Positions 1 through 11,500 of a stretch of 64,000 bases of DNA are shown here, in pieces. Position 1 is the stretch's first letter; the number at the start of each line of letters is the position of its first letter. The DNA lies in assembly GCA_965279375.1 (NCBI GenBank), contig OZ257156.1:928001-992000 (forward strand), written 5' to 3'. The translations under genes and the position numbers were made by a program. A model generated the notes under the pieces. It was not told the origin of the DNA and made no database searches. It saw only the letters and a list, made by a program, of their open reading frames with translations. The DNA comes from Gemmatimonas sp. Its GTDB lineage: Bacteria; Gemmatimonadota; Gemmatimonadetes; Gemmatimonadales; Gemmatimonadaceae.

Positions 1-574
1 GATCCCGTCGATCCAAGAGTCCTGCCACGGCGTGCAACCCACGCTGTGTACTCTGTCGCAAGACTTCGGTGGGGTGCGCCGTCAGCACCGGCGAGATGTG
101 CGCCTGCGCAAAGAAGGCCGCAATGCGATCCGACAGCGCAGCATCGCCTTCCTTCGAGACCTCGTCCACCGCATACGGCAAGCTGCCCTCGCGCGGAGGC
201 GAGCCCGCCAGGTCATGCGCCCGACGACGCCGAATCGTGTGCGCGTCCTCGGCGATGTTCGCCAGCTGCAGGAAGTACGTAAACGCGCGAACCACGGGCA
301 GAATGCGCTGACGCGGCAAGTCGTCGAGCAGCTCGTGCAGCGCTTCGCGGTACTCCGGCTTCCCTTCGCGGGCAAAGCGGATCGCCGTCTTTCGCACCGT
401 CTCCACCAGGGCGAACGCGTCGTCTCCCTCCTGGTCGCGCAGCGTGTCGCCGAGCACGCGGCCCAGAAGCCGGATGTCGTCGCGGAGTGGACGATCGGTG
501 TCGGGCACTGCGCCGAACGGTGCCGACCCGGGGGACGCCGCGTCTGGAACAGTTGCTGGGAACGTGTCAGCCAT
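1..574 (-). CDS. ppc: Phosphoenolpyruvate carboxylase, 5' part (runs off the left edge; absent from the ORF track)
   Basis: Manual translation from ATG 574: MADTFPATV...DRPLRDDIRLLGRVLGDTLRDQEGDDAFALVETVR...VVRAFTYFLQLANIAEDAH, the characteristic PEPC N-terminal motifs. Confidence 0.92.
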   Translation of the reverse strand, partial: MADTFPATVPDAASPGSAPFGAVPDTDRPLRDDIRLLGRVLGDTLRDQEGDDAFALVETVRKTAIRFAREGKPEYREALHELLDDLPRQRILPVVRAFTYFLQLANIAEDAHTIRRRRAHDLAGSPPREGSLPYAVDEVSKEGDAALSDRIAAFFAQAHISPVLTAHPTEVLRQSTQRGLHAVAGLLDRRD

Positions 575-769
575 ACCGCAATATGGTGAAGGCCTCGGGT
601 GCGGCGCGTCCTCGCGCGCGCGCGCCAGATCCCTCTCCATGGACAAGCGCCCGAGGTGCGCAAATGTTCAGGGTTCTGGACTGACGCGGCGCGGCCAATG
701 GGCGGGCCTGCGTTCGCCTAACTGGGTAAGCCCCCGTAGCATTTCAGCACACCCAAAGGAGCACCACGC

Positions 770-1339
770 ATGAGCTCATCGCCGGACGAACAGGTGGCCA
801 AGATGGTGGCGCAGCTCAAGTCCACCACCGGGCGGAACATCGACGAGTGGCTGAAGCTGACCCGCGCGAGCGGGAAGGCAAAGCACGGCGAGCTCGTCTC
901 GTGGCTCAAGGCCGAGCACGGCATCACACATGGCTATGCCAACCTGATCTCGCACCAGACCTTTCGCTCCGATTCGGCGTCGATGCGGAACGAAGGCGAA
1001 GACCTCGTCGGCGCGATGTTCACGGGTGAGAAGGCGGCGCTGCGTCCCATCTTCGACGCGCTGCTGCAAGGCATCCACGCGTTCGGCGGTGATATCGAGG
1101 AGTCGCCGAAGAAGGGCTACCTCAGCCTGCGCCGCAAAGCCCAGTTCGCCACGCTTCATCCGTCGACCAAGACACGGCTGGACCTCGGGCTCAAGCTGAA
1201 AGGCGTCGAGCCGATCGGACGCCTTGAAGCGGCGGGGTCGTGGAACGCGATGATGTCGCATCGAGTTCGGATCGCCGAGGTACGAGAGGTGGACGCCGAG
1301 GTCCTGGCGTGGCTTCGCAAAGCGTACGACAGCGCCTGA
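770..1339 (+). CDS. DUF4287/DUF5655 domain protein
   Basis: TGRNIDEW...KHGELVSWLKAEHGITHGYAN (DUF4287-like) followed by PKKGYLSLRRKAQFA...WLRKAY; AAGGAG RBS. Confidence 0.8.
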   Translation: MSSSPDEQVAKMVAQLKSTTGRNIDEWLKLTRASGKAKHGELVSWLKAEHGITHGYANLISHQTFRSDSASMRNEGEDLVGAMFTGEKAALRPIFDALLQGIHAFGGDIEESPKKGYLSLRRKAQFATLHPSTKTRLDLGLKLKGVEPIGRLEAAGSWNAMMSHRVRIAEVREVDAEVLAWLRKAYDSA

Positions 1340-1400
1340 CCCTCGGCTTCCTGATACAGCGATACGGTGTGCGCGGCGGTGCGCCGACGTAGCATTCGGC

Positions 1401-1847
1401 ATGACCACTCGCCAGCTCACGGCCGCGTTACTGCTCGCCACTTCGCTCGTTGCGGTCGGTTGCGGCCTGCTCCCCGAGACCACCCGTCGTCAGGTGGCGA
1501 TGATAGGTGGCCCGTCGCTTCAGCGCATCGATGCGCCCGACACGGTGCGTGCAGGCGAGTTCTTCTCGATAACCGTGCACAGCTGGGGCAGCGGCTCGCG
1601 CCGGTGCAACGAACCCGACGGCGAGATCGTCGAAACGCGCGGCGCGATCATCCGCATCAAGCCCTACGACAAGGTGCCGACCGGCGAACTCGTGTGCACC
1701 GCAGACCTGCGCAACTATCCACGTCCGCTCTCCGTGCGCTTCGCGAACGCGGGCACCGGCACGATCCGCCTGGTCGGCAACGTGGACTCTCGCGGCGCAT
1801 CCAGTTCGCTCGATTCCCTCGAGCGCACGGTGATCGTGAAGCCCTGA
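1401..1847 (+). CDS. Hypothetical lipoprotein
   Basis: Signal peptide with lipobox VAVG-C; beta-rich body with two further Cys. Confidence 0.7.
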   Translation: MTTRQLTAALLLATSLVAVGCGLLPETTRRQVAMIGGPSLQRIDAPDTVRAGEFFSITVHSWGSGSRRCNEPDGEIVETRGAIIRIKPYDKVPTGELVCTADLRNYPRPLSVRFANAGTGTIRLVGNVDSRGASSSLDSLERTVIVKP

Positions 1848-1872
1848 TGCGCGGCAGGTAGCTGGGAGAGGG

Positions 1873-2964
1873 CTACCGGCCCAGTCCCTTCACCACGACG
1901 TCCGGGAAGTCCCCAAAGATCCCGTCCACGCCCAGACGCTGCATCTCGCGCGCCTCGGCCAGCGGATCACCGCCGTAGCGTTTGGGGAGAAACACCGCCT
2001 CCGACCGCAGCGTCCACACGTGCACCTTGAGGCCCGCGGCGTGCGCGTCGGCCACCAGCGACGTCGGCTTCGCGCTGCTGTCGGCGCCCACCACCAACCG
2101 CGTGTTCGCGCCCACGCCGTAGGCATAGCGCGCCATCGTCCGCAGCGCCGTCGGCGTCACCTGCGCAGGAAACGACACCAGATAGATCAGCCGGACCTTC
2201 GTCTCCTTGGCCAGCTGCTCGAGATTCCCCGACTCGAAGCTCTGGATGAAGACCGGCGCGTCCCGGCGATCGAGCCCGTGCGCCTTGAGTGCCGCCAGGA
2301 GCTTGGGCTCGATCGGCAAGCCAATCGAGCGGAAGTAGGTGGGATGCTTCGTTTCCGGATACACGCCCACCGCACGGCCACGGCGGCGCCCGGCGCTGTC
2401 CGCCAAGGCCAACACTTCCTCGAACGTCGGCACCGCGTACAGGCCGTCATTGGCATGCGACCGAAACGCCAGTCGCTCCTTCGCGCGCAGCGTCTTGAGC
2501 TCGGCGAGCGTGAAGTCCTCGGTGAACCAGCCACGCATCGAGTCGCCGTCCACCACCTTCACGGTCTTCCGCGCGGGAAATTTCTCCGCAACATCGGTGG
2601 TGGTCCCGATCTCGTTCTCGTGCCGTGCCACCAGCACGCCGTCCTTGGTGCTGACGAGATCCGGCTCGATGTAGTCCGCGCCCATGCTGATCGCGAGTGC
2701 GTACGCCGCCAGTGTGTGCTCCGGGCGGTGTCCGCTCGCACCTCGGTGCGCGATCACGATGGGCACCGGTTCCGCCGCTGCGGAGGGACCGGAGGCGACA
2801 GATGGCGCATTGCCGGCGCAGGCCGTCATCGCAGACACCAGCGCGACGAGCAGCGTCATCGGAAAAGCAGACTTGGCGCCGCGGGACGCAACGCTTGGGC
2901 GTGGCGTCGGTGTCACACGAGCAGTCGTGTGAAGCATCGTGTGTGGGGTCATGATGGGTGGCAT
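1873..2964 (-). CDS. glpQ: Glycerophosphodiester phosphodiesterase (probable lipoprotein); start uncertain
   Basis: IAHRGASGHRPEHTL, IEPDLVSTKDGVLVARHE, YPETKHP, FIQSFE, VHVWT, GVDGIFGDFPD motifs. Confidence 0.9.
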   Translation of the reverse strand: MPPIMTPHTMLHTTARVTPTPRPSVASRGAKSAFPMTLLVALVSAMTACAGNAPSVASGPSAAAEPVPIVIAHRGASGHRPEHTLAAYALAISMGADYIEPDLVSTKDGVLVARHENEIGTTTDVAEKFPARKTVKVVDGDSMRGWFTEDFTLAELKTLRAKERLAFRSHANDGLYAVPTFEEVLALADSAGRRRGRAVGVYPETKHPTYFRSIGLPIEPKLLAALKAHGLDRRDAPVFIQSFESGNLEQLAKETKVRLIYLVSFPAQVTPTALRTMARYAYGVGANTRLVVGADSSAKPTSLVADAHAAGLKVHVWTLRSEAVFLPKRYGGDPLAEAREMQRLGVDGIFGDFPDVVVKGLGR

Positions 2965-3092
2965 GTCGCACGAAATTAGCGGCGCCACTACTCGCCGGCC
3001 CTCGCTCTCGTCCCTTGTTACCGCGTCGCGACGGAACTTTTCGGTTCCAGCCGTAGTGTAGGCATGCAGTCCCCAGCGTCTCCTCTCTGATA

Positions 3093-6000
3093 ATGACCGC
3101 CTCGCACGTGCAGGATCTCCACGCCCGACTGTCGAAGGCGCTCGAAGGCCAATACAAGATCCTCCAACCGCTCGGTCAGGGCGGCATGGGGATGGTCTTT
3201 CTCGCACGCGACATCACGCTCGATCGGCCGGTCGCGATCAAAGTCATTTCGGCGGAAGTCGGCACCAGCGTCGAGTTGCGCGAACGCTTTGCTCTCGAGG
3301 CGCGCACCGTCGCGCGTCTGCGGCACCCCAACATCGTGGCTGTCTTTGCCGCCGGCGAAGTCGACGGGCTCCTCTACTTCGTCATGGAGTACGTGCCGGG
3401 CGAAAGCCTGCGCGAGCGCCTCCTGCGCGATCGCACGCTGCGCGCCGACGAAGCGGTCCCCCTGCTGCGCGACCTCGCCCTCGCGCTCGACTACGCACAC
3501 GCGGCCGGCATCGTCCATCGCGACGTGAAGCCGGAAAACGTCCTGCTCGATCGGGAAACGGGACGGGCGATGCTCACCGACTTCGGCGTCTCACGCGCCC
3601 TCTCGAACCCCACCAACATCACCGGCGGTGGATTCGTCCTCGGCTCGCCGCGCTACATGAGCCCCGAACAGGCCGCCGGCGAAGACACGCTCGACGGGCG
3701 GAGCGACCTCTATTCACTCGGACTGGTCGCCTACGAGTCGCTCACGGGCGCGCCGCCGATCGACGCACCGACCGCCGCGCAGATCCTCGTCAAACAGATC
3801 TCCGAGAAGATCGAACCGCTTGGCAAGAAGGCACCCAAGCTGCCATCGGACGTGACATCATCCGTCGACCGACTGCTGCACAAGCTCCCCGGCGAGCGAT
3901 TCCAGCGAGGCGCCGAGTTCGCGGCGGCGCTCACCGGCGAAGACTTCGATGCGTCGACGCCGACGCACCAGATCGGACGCATCGTGTCCGGGCCTCGTCG
4001 CGCTGCTGGCAGCCGCAGGCGCGCACGCCCCCTCGCGGCAATTGCATCGCTGCTGGTCGCGCTCGTCGCGATCTTTGCCTGGACGCGCACGCATCAGCCG
4101 GCGGCGAACGACCGCGCGTGGTTCGTCGCCCCCTTCGAGGTGCAGGGCCCCGATCGCTCCCTCGACTGGCTGCGCGAGGGGTCTCTCAACATGCTCACGC
4201 TCTCGCTCGCGCAGTGGACCGACCTCCACGTGATCGAGTACGAGCGCACGCTCGACTTGCTGCGCAACGCAAAACTCGAAGGACAACCGCGCGTTGGACT
4301 CGACGACGCGCGCACGCTGGCCAAGCGGGTCGGTGCCGGACGATTGGTCATGGGACAGGTGGCCACGATGGGCGACTCGATCGTCGTGACCGCCAGCCTC
4401 TATGACGTGAACTCCGGACAGAGCACCGACAAGGCGCGCATCGCCGCAGCCAAGGGAAGCGATCCGCGTCCGCTCTTTGAATCCGTCGCCGGCGAACTGC
4501 TCGATCTCGTTGGCGCACCGCGTCTCACATTCGACCTGGCCAAGCAGACCACCAGCTCGGTCACCGCCTATCGTTTCTACCTCGAGGGGCTGCGCCATCT
4601 CAATCGCTGGCGCTTGCGTCAGGCCGACACCGCCTTTGCGCGCGCCATCGCCACCGACTCCACCTTCGCCCTCGCGCACTACAAACGCTCGCTCGCGCTC
4701 GGCTGGGAAAGCAGCACCGACAGCGCGCGTCTGACCGGTGCGGAAAAGGCGGTGCAGTTCGCCGAGCGACTACCCACGCGGCAACAGGAGATCGTGCGTG
4801 GCCATCTCGATCTCACGCGCGCCTTCGACGCGATGCAGCGCGGCGATACGGCGGGCACGCGCGGCGGCTTTCTCGCCTCACGCAACCGACTGGCGCGGCT
4901 GATCGCGGTGGATTCCACGGATGCAGAGGCCTGGTATGCCCTCGCCGATGCCGACTTTCATCTCGCACTCAACACCACGTACGGATACTCTGCGGACAGT
5001 CTCGCCAAGTATCTAACGGAATCGCTGCGCGGTTTCAGACGAACCATTCACATCGACTCCACCTTCCATCTCGCACATCAGCACCTGGTCGAGATGTATG
5101 GGTTGGCGGCGAACAGTGCCTCGCTGGTGGTGCTGAGCGGCGACACGATCAGGGCGGCTGGCACCAGCGAGGCGGAGCGTCGCATCGGATCGGTCGAACA
5201 GGTGAAGGTGCTACGGGATCAGGCGCAGTCAATGGCGCGGGAAGCCGCGGGCGGTTGGGTGGCTGCAGATCCTGACGCTATCAATGCGCGCAGCACTTTG
5301 GCCAGCATGTTCGAGCAGATGGCCGAGCCGGATAGCGCCATCTCTGCGTTACGCGACGCACTCGCGCGTCCCGCCACCGCCGAGCCGAGCTTCGAATGGC
5401 GTATTCCGCTTATCAAGGCGCGCGCAGGGATGCCGTCGGCCGGCCCCGAACTGCGCGCGGTGATGGCGCGTTTCCCGGCGGACTCGGTGCGTCGCTTCCC
5501 GACGGCCGATCGCTTGCAGGGCGTGCTCGGCGCCATGACCGTCGGTGGCCAGACGGGGATGCCGTCGCTCGTGGATTCCGCGGCTCGACTGCTCAACGCG
5601 ACGGATCCGGTGATGCCCGGCCCCGATCCCATTCGCACGATGCTGGTCACGTCGTGGTTGTCATCGGGGATCAAGGTGGGGATGGGACTGCCGATGAATG
5701 GCGCGACACGAGCGGTGCTGCTGGACGGCGTGCGCACGATCGAACGCGTGCAGGTGGATGCGCGCCGCGATGCGTCCACGCCGTACATGGTCTTTCTCGA
5801 AACGCGTGATCCAGCGTTCGCCGAGATCGCGCGCCGCTGGAGTCCAGCGCCAGCGACCGGTTATCCGGAGTTGGATGCGCTCGCCGCCATCCGGCGCGGC
5901 GACACCGCCACCGCGATGCGCATCGCGCAGGCGTTCCCCTCAGCCGACTCGCTGCGCCGCGCCGCTCTGGGGATGACCGGTATGCGGACCATTGCCCGCG

Positions 6001-6323
6001 CCTCGGTCTTTGCGGAGCTGGGCGATCTGCGCCGGGCGATCGAGCTGTACGAGACCATCGATCCCAAGCGCTTTGGTCAGACGGGCTTTCCCGAAACCAC
6101 CTGGCCGATGTATGTGCGCAGCTACCTCGCGCGCGGTCATCTTCTGGCACAGCTTGGAGAGCGGGAGCGAGCGATCGCGTCGTACGAGCGTTTCCTGACG
6201 CTTTGGAAAGACGCCGAACCGCCGCTGCAACCGCAACTCAGAGAAGCGCGCGAGGCGATCGCCCGACTGCGGGATGCAGGCTATGCCCGGGGAGGGACCG
6301 CCATGAAGGCCACCGTCAAGTAA
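3093..6323 (+). CDS. Hanks-type Ser/Thr protein kinase with TM segment and extracytoplasmic TPR-like helical region
   Basis: GQGGMGMV, VAIK, HRDVKPEN, DFG, YMSPE, DLYSLG; hydrophobic stretch at about aa 314-331; TPR-like repeats C-terminally. Confidence 0.92.
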   Translation: MTASHVQDLHARLSKALEGQYKILQPLGQGGMGMVFLARDITLDRPVAIKVISAEVGTSVELRERFALEARTVARLRHPNIVAVFAAGEVDGLLYFVMEYVPGESLRERLLRDRTLRADEAVPLLRDLALALDYAHAAGIVHRDVKPENVLLDRETGRAMLTDFGVSRALSNPTNITGGGFVLGSPRYMSPEQAAGEDTLDGRSDLYSLGLVAYESLTGAPPIDAPTAAQILVKQISEKIEPLGKKAPKLPSDVTSSVDRLLHKLPGERFQRGAEFAAALTGEDFDASTPTHQIGRIVSGPRRAAGSRRRARPLAAIASLLVALVAIFAWTRTHQPAANDRAWFVAPFEVQGPDRSLDWLREGSLNMLTLSLAQWTDLHVIEYERTLDLLRNAKLEGQPRVGLDDARTLAKRVGAGRLVMGQVATMGDSIVVTASLYDVNSGQSTDKARIAAAKGSDPRPLFESVAGELLDLVGAPRLTFDLAKQTTSSVTAYRFYLEGLRHLNRWRLRQADTAFARAIATDSTFALAHYKRSLALGWESSTDSARLTGAEKAVQFAERLPTRQQEIVRGHLDLTRAFDAMQRGDTAGTRGGFLASRNRLARLIAVDSTDAEAWYALADADFHLALNTTYGYSADSLAKYLTESLRGFRRTIHIDSTFHLAHQHLVEMYGLAANSASLVVLSGDTIRAAGTSEAERRIGSVEQVKVLRDQAQSMAREAAGGWVAADPDAINARSTLASMFEQMAEPDSAISALRDALARPATAEPSFEWRIPLIKARAGMPSAGPELRAVMARFPADSVRRFPTADRLQGVLGAMTVGGQTGMPSLVDSAARLLNATDPVMPGPDPIRTMLVTSWLSSGIKVGMGLPMNGATRAVLLDGVRTIERVQVDARRDASTPYMVFLETRDPAFAEIARRWSPAPATGYPELDALAAIRRGDTATAMRIAQAFPSADSLRRAALGMTGMRTIARASVFAELGDLRRAIELYETIDPKRFGQTGFPETTWPMYVRSYLARGHLLAQLGERERAIASYERFLTLWKDAEPPLQPQLREAREAIARLRDAGYARGGTAMKATVK

Positions 6324-6333
6324 GGGAATTCTC

Positions 6334-7002
6334 ATGTCTGCTGCTGTCGCCTCGGAGGCGTTACTCCTCGCTATCAGAAACCGCGACGCGGCAGCGGTCC
6401 GCCAACAGTTCGCCAACGACCCACTCGCTGCCTCGAGCACTGGCCCCAACGGGGAATCGCTCTTGATGCACGCATGCTATGTGGGCGCGGCCGAACTCGC
6501 CCCGGTGCTTCGCGGTGCGCGCGCACTCGATCTGGCCGAAGCGGTCACGCTGGGCGATCTCGAGGCAATCGATCAGGCGCTGGACCGTGAGCCCGACGCG
6601 CTCTCGCAGCACACGGCGGATGGCTGGACGCCGCTGCATCTCGCCGGATTCTTCGGCAGAGAGGAGGCGGCCGTCGCACTGATCAATGCGGGTGCGTCAT
6701 TGGAGGTGCTCTCGACCAACGCGACGCGCAACACGCCGCTGCATGCGGCGCTCGCTGGTGCCTGTCTCCCCGCGCTGGTCAAGCGATTGGTCATGGCGGG
6801 TGCCAATGTGTCCGCCACCGGCGAGCAGGGCATCACACCGTTGCACATCGCTGCCTCGCGCGGCAACGAGGCTTTGTGTGAACTGCTGATCAGTCGCGGC
6901 GCACTCGCACACGCGGCGATGACGGACGGAACGACACCGGCGCAGCTGGCAACGGCGCGTGGATTCCCGGAGCTGGCGGAGAAGTTGATCGCGATGGCGT
7001 AG
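6334..7002 (+). CDS. Ankyrin repeat protein
   Basis: Repeated GWTPLHLA / NTPLHAA / GITPLHIAA / GTTPAQLA motifs; 10 bp after the kinase stop. Confidence 0.92.
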   Translation: MSAAVASEALLLAIRNRDAAAVRQQFANDPLAASSTGPNGESLLMHACYVGAAELAPVLRGARALDLAEAVTLGDLEAIDQALDREPDALSQHTADGWTPLHLAGFFGREEAAVALINAGASLEVLSTNATRNTPLHAALAGACLPALVKRLVMAGANVSATGEQGITPLHIAASRGNEALCELLISRGALAHAAMTDGTTPAQLATARGFPELAEKLIAMA

Positions 7003-7014
7003 TTGCGCGCGACG

Positions 7015-7461
7015 CTATCGGGTGGAGACTACCGTCACCGTTCCGTTCGGCTTTACGTCCAAGCGAACGTCAAATTCGTTCAACCCGAGAATAACGCACC
7101 CCGCTTCAGGCTGCCTCGGCGGCACTTTGACGGTCCACCCCGGAATCGTCTCGCCGTATCGGAGTTCGCGCCGTCGTATCGAGCTACCGTCAGTCCACCA
7201 GTACAAGACTGGGTGTTCTACGTACTCGTCGTAGCACTTGCCGACCGAGATCGAATACAACGACGCGGTGCTCGATCGATCCGATTTGCTCCAGAGGTCG
7301 AACACCAGCGACGACATGGTGGAGCCGCTCCTCAGCTCCGCACGCAGGGAGTCGTCGGGGCAGCCGAGGCAGACGAGTGCCAAGAGAGGGAGCGACAGCG
7401 CTGATGCGCGGCGCCTCACTTGCAGCCTCCTGGCATCGGCGGAGCGCGATGGCGTGATCAC
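7015..7461 (-). CDS. Hypothetical lipoprotein
   Basis: Hydrophobic leader ending CLG-C; abuts the stop of the upstream cytochrome c gene. Confidence 0.5.
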   Translation of the reverse strand: MITPSRSADARRLQVRRRASALSLPLLALVCLGCPDDSLRAELRSGSTMSSLVFDLWSKSDRSSTASLYSISVGKCYDEYVEHPVLYWWTDGSSIRRRELRYGETIPGWTVKVPPRQPEAGCVILGLNEFDVRLDVKPNGTVTVVSTR

Positions 7462-8511
7462 CTAGCGTCGTGCGCGCATGCGCTTGGCGTCATTGGGCGG
7501 CAACGATCCCAGATACGCCGACAGCGCGACCATGTCGTCCACCGTGAGCGCCTGTACCACCGGCGTCATCACCACGCTCAGCGAGTCGTGGCGCGCGCCG
7601 GTGCGAAAGTTCATGAGCTGACGCAGGATGTTGGACGGCGAGCGACCCGCCAGCGGCGGCACTGCCTTGAGTCCCAGCAGCTTGGCGCCATGACAGGTGG
7701 CGCACACCGTCGCCTTGCCGGCGGGACCGCGTGTCGCCAACTGCCGACCGCGAGCGATGCTCCCGACGGGCACGTAGGTCGTGTACTCCACCGTGGGGTC
7801 GCGCAATTCGTGCCGCTCGAACGACGCCGGCACTTCGATCAGCCGACCATCGATCGGCTCCGTCCCTTCGCCGTCGTACGCGAAGAGCATGATCTCGACG
7901 CGTGTCCTTGGTACCTGCGCGACTTCCTTCACGTGATTGGGGCGCGTCAGCGGGAGCTTGGCGAAGTACTCCGCTGCGATGACGACGTCCGCGTCGCTCG
8001 TCCCAGCGGCCACGGCGTGCATGCTGTTGGTCGCCAGCACTGGATTGGCCGCGAGCCGCGTGCTGTCACGGAATGCGCGCACCTGCTTGACGATGTACTC
8101 CGCGGGGAGTCCAGACAGCGTGCCGTTTTCGGGGCGCCCTTGTCCATCGGGGAGATGGCAGTAGCCGCAGGCACGCGCCGCCGGACGCTTGCCGTACAGC
8201 ACCGGCGCCGGCGCAGGCGGGTGCGACTCGGGAAACCAGTCCGGGATATCGAACGCGTTACCCACCTGTCGCTTGGTGTACGTGCGCGCCGAGCCCGGAA
8301 TGCGATGCTGCACGACGCTATCTGGGACGGGCGCTGGCGACGGCGACGGCGAGGTGGGGAACGCCCACGCCGGCACCACGAACGGCGCTACGTTCAGCGC
8401 CGACGGCTTGGTGGCAGATTGCGCCTCCACGGATGGTGCATACACCAACACGCATGCCATCGACATGACGACACGCGTGGATGTGAAGCGGTGCGCAGTG
8501 AAGCGAAGCAT
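7462..8511 (-). CDS. Periplasmic diheme c-type cytochrome (c4-like)
   Basis: Signal peptide; two heme motifs CGYCH and CATCH, each followed by L(S/A)G..YI..Q-like and Met-containing segments. Confidence 0.85.
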   Translation of the reverse strand: MLRFTAHRFTSTRVVMSMACVLVYAPSVEAQSATKPSALNVAPFVVPAWAFPTSPSPSPAPVPDSVVQHRIPGSARTYTKRQVGNAFDIPDWFPESHPPAPAPVLYGKRPAARACGYCHLPDGQGRPENGTLSGLPAEYIVKQVRAFRDSTRLAANPVLATNSMHAVAAGTSDADVVIAAEYFAKLPLTRPNHVKEVAQVPRTRVEIMLFAYDGEGTEPIDGRLIEVPASFERHELRDPTVEYTTYVPVGSIARGRQLATRGPAGKATVCATCHGAKLLGLKAVPPLAGRSPSNILRQLMNFRTGARHDSLSVVMTPVVQALTVDDMVALSAYLGSLPPNDAKRMRARR

Positions 8512-8589
8512 GAGCCGGCGATCACGAGTCGGGACCGCAGCGCGCCATATGAAGCGACGCGCTGCGAAGGACGGACGGGAGTCGCGACG

Positions 8590-11500
8590 TTACGCCGGGA
8601 CCAACGTCGGCGCAACAACCGCAACCGGCGCCTCGTCGAGCTCCAGCTCCGGCGCCAGCAGCTTGTACAGCACCGGCGTCACCAGACGCGCGATCAACGT
8701 GCTCGAGATCAGTCCACCGATGATCACCCACGCCAACGGCGAGTAGAGCCCCGAGCCCTGGAACGCGAGCGGCAGCAATCCACCGATCGCCGTCAGCGTC
8801 GTCAACACGATCGGCAGAAAGCGAATCTCGCCCGCCTTCTGAATCGCGTCATCGAGACTCATCCCTTCGCGCCGCAGCTGATCGGTGAAGTCCACCAGCA
8901 GAATGCTCGTCTTGATCTCGATACCCACCAGCGCCACGAAGCCGATCGTCGCGGTGAACGAGAGCGTGTAGCCGCTGAACAGCAGCGCGAGAATGCCGCC
9001 CACCACACCCAATGGAATCACGCTCGCCACCACCATCGTCGTGCGGAAGTCGCGGAACTCGAGCACGAGAATCGCCAGAATCGCGAACACCGCCACGATG
9101 ATCGCCGCGCCAATGCCACCGAAGCTCTCCTGCCGACTCTCGATCTCACCCGCGGGGCGCAGCACGTATCCCGGCGGCAACGTCACGGCATCGAGTCCCT
9201 GCAGCACTTCCTTGGTGACCGCATCGGTGTTGAAGCCGCTCTTCACATAGCTCGTCACCGTGACCGAGCGCTGACGACCATCATGATCGATGATGGTCGG
9301 CGTCGCGCTGAACGTCGTCGTCGCAATCTGGGACAGCGGCACCATCGCTCCCGACACCGAACTCACCTTGATGCGCTCGAGCGCTTCCGGTGCAGGTCGC
9401 CCATCGTGTGCAATGCGCACCACCAGCGGATACTCATCGCCATTGTCAGCGCGGATCTTCCCCGCCTCCAACCCGGCAATCCCCAACCGCAGCGTGCGCT
9501 CCACCTCGGCCGACGGAATACCCAGCAGCCCCGCCTTCTGACGGTCCACACGTAAACGCAGGTCCGAGCGACGCAGACGCACGGGATTGTTCACGTACTG
9601 TGTGCCCGGCGTCGCGGCAAACACCTTCTCGTACTGTGCCGCCAGCTGCGCCAGCGTATCCAGATTCGTTCCTTCGATGCGCATCGCGACCGGCGCGTCG
9701 ATCGGCGGGCCGTTCTCGAACTCCTTCACCTCGATGCGCGCACCCGGATACCCCGCCAGCGTGCGGCGCAGCGAGTCGAGCGTCAGCGGCGTCTTGTCGT
9801 TGTCATACTCCTTGAGCAACACCAGCAACTGCGCGCGGTTAGGTGCTTCGGCGCGCTGAAAAACGTTGTAGTACACCGCCGGATTGTCCTTGCCGATGTT
9901 GGCGAACACCGCACGCGTTCCCGGATGCGCACCGATCACCTTCTCCGCAAAGCGCGTCGCGCGATCGGTCTCAGCCAGCGATGTCCCTTCGGGCGTTTCG
10001 ATGTCCACGTGGTACTGCGGCGTTCCCGCCTTGGGGAAGAGTGAGAAACCGACGGCCGGCACCAGTGCAAACGAGGCCACCACCAACGACGCCGCGATCG
10101 CCAGCGTCCGCTTTGGTGCCGCCAACGCGCGATGCAGCAACGGCGCGTACGTGGCATGAATGCCCTTGTCGAGCGCACGCAGCACGCGATTGCCTTCCGC
10201 GTGCTCCGTCTCCGGCAGAATACGACTCGCCAGCCACGGAATGATCGTCAACGACACCAGCAATGAAGCGAGTACCGCGTACACCACCGCAATCGGCAGT
10301 GAGCGGATGTACTTGCCCGCCAACCCAGGCAAGAAGAGCAACGGCAGGAAGGCAAAGATCAACGTGGCCGTCGCGCCCAACACCGCCACACTGATCTGCT
10401 TGGTCGCCGCAATCGCTGCATCGCGCCGCGAGACACCGCCACGCATGAATCGCGTGATGTTCTCCACCACCACAATGCTGTCGTCCACCAGCAGCCCCAG
10501 CGCAATCACGAAGCCCACGATCGAGAGCTGATTGATGCTGTATCCCGTCGCATTGAGCATCACCACGGCGAGTGCGAGCGACAACGGAATCGAAATCATC
10601 ACCACGATCGACGCGCGCGTCCCGAGCGGCAGCAGCGTGATCAACACCAGCGCGATCGCGATCGCAAAGTCTTCGCCCAACCGCGACAGACGGGCATCCA
10701 CGTTCTTCGACTGATCGAACCCGCGCGCCAGCGTAATGCCACGCGGCAGCGTCTTCTCCAAGCGATCGAGCTCGGCCCACACATCCTGTTTGACGGTGGA
10801 CACGTTGCGCCCCTTCTGCACGGCCACGGTCACGAACATCGCGCGCTGCCCATTGTAGCGACCCATGTGCACTGCGTCGCCATCCCCCCACGCCACACTC
10901 GCTACATCGCCGACGCGCACCGCACGACCGTTCGCACTCGTGATCACCGTACGCGTGACTTCCTCTGCCGTGCGATAGCGACCGGGCGTGGCGATGTTGT
11001 AGCGCCGCGTGCCCACATCCACCGATCCACCGGGGATCTGCGTGTTGTCGCTGCCCAGCGCCTGCAGCACCTGCGCCGGCGTGAGACCCAGCACCGCCAT
11101 GCGCCCCAGGTCCAGCGTCACCTGCATCTCACGCTGCGGCGCCGCCCAGCGCTTGGCGGTCTTCACGCCGTTCACGCGCGCCAATCCATCCTCAAAGCGC
11201 TGCGCGATGTCGTCGAGCTGCGAGTACGGCGTCGCCGGCGAGACCAGCGCAATCTGAAACACGGCGAGATCGGAGTTCTCGTTGCGCAATACTTCCAGTC
11301 GCTGCAGCGCGGACGGCAGATCGGCGCGCAGCGCGTTGATCTCGCGCACCACCTGATCGTACTTGCGTTCGGCATCCACCTCTGGCTTGAACTCCACCTT
11401 GATCACGGCAAGTCCATCCGAGCTGGTGGAGGTCAGCTCCTTCACATCATCGAGCGCATTGAGCTTCTTCTCGATCGGCTCCGTGACCAGCTGCTCCATG

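Noticed and set aside
32..663. Track ORFs 32..589 (+) and 82..663 (-)
   Set aside because: The real gene is ppc in another minus-strand frame that runs off the window edge
7420..9555. 711-aa + strand ORF
   Set aside because: Arg/His-rich antisense shadow of the cytochrome c and RND genes, typical of high-GC DNA
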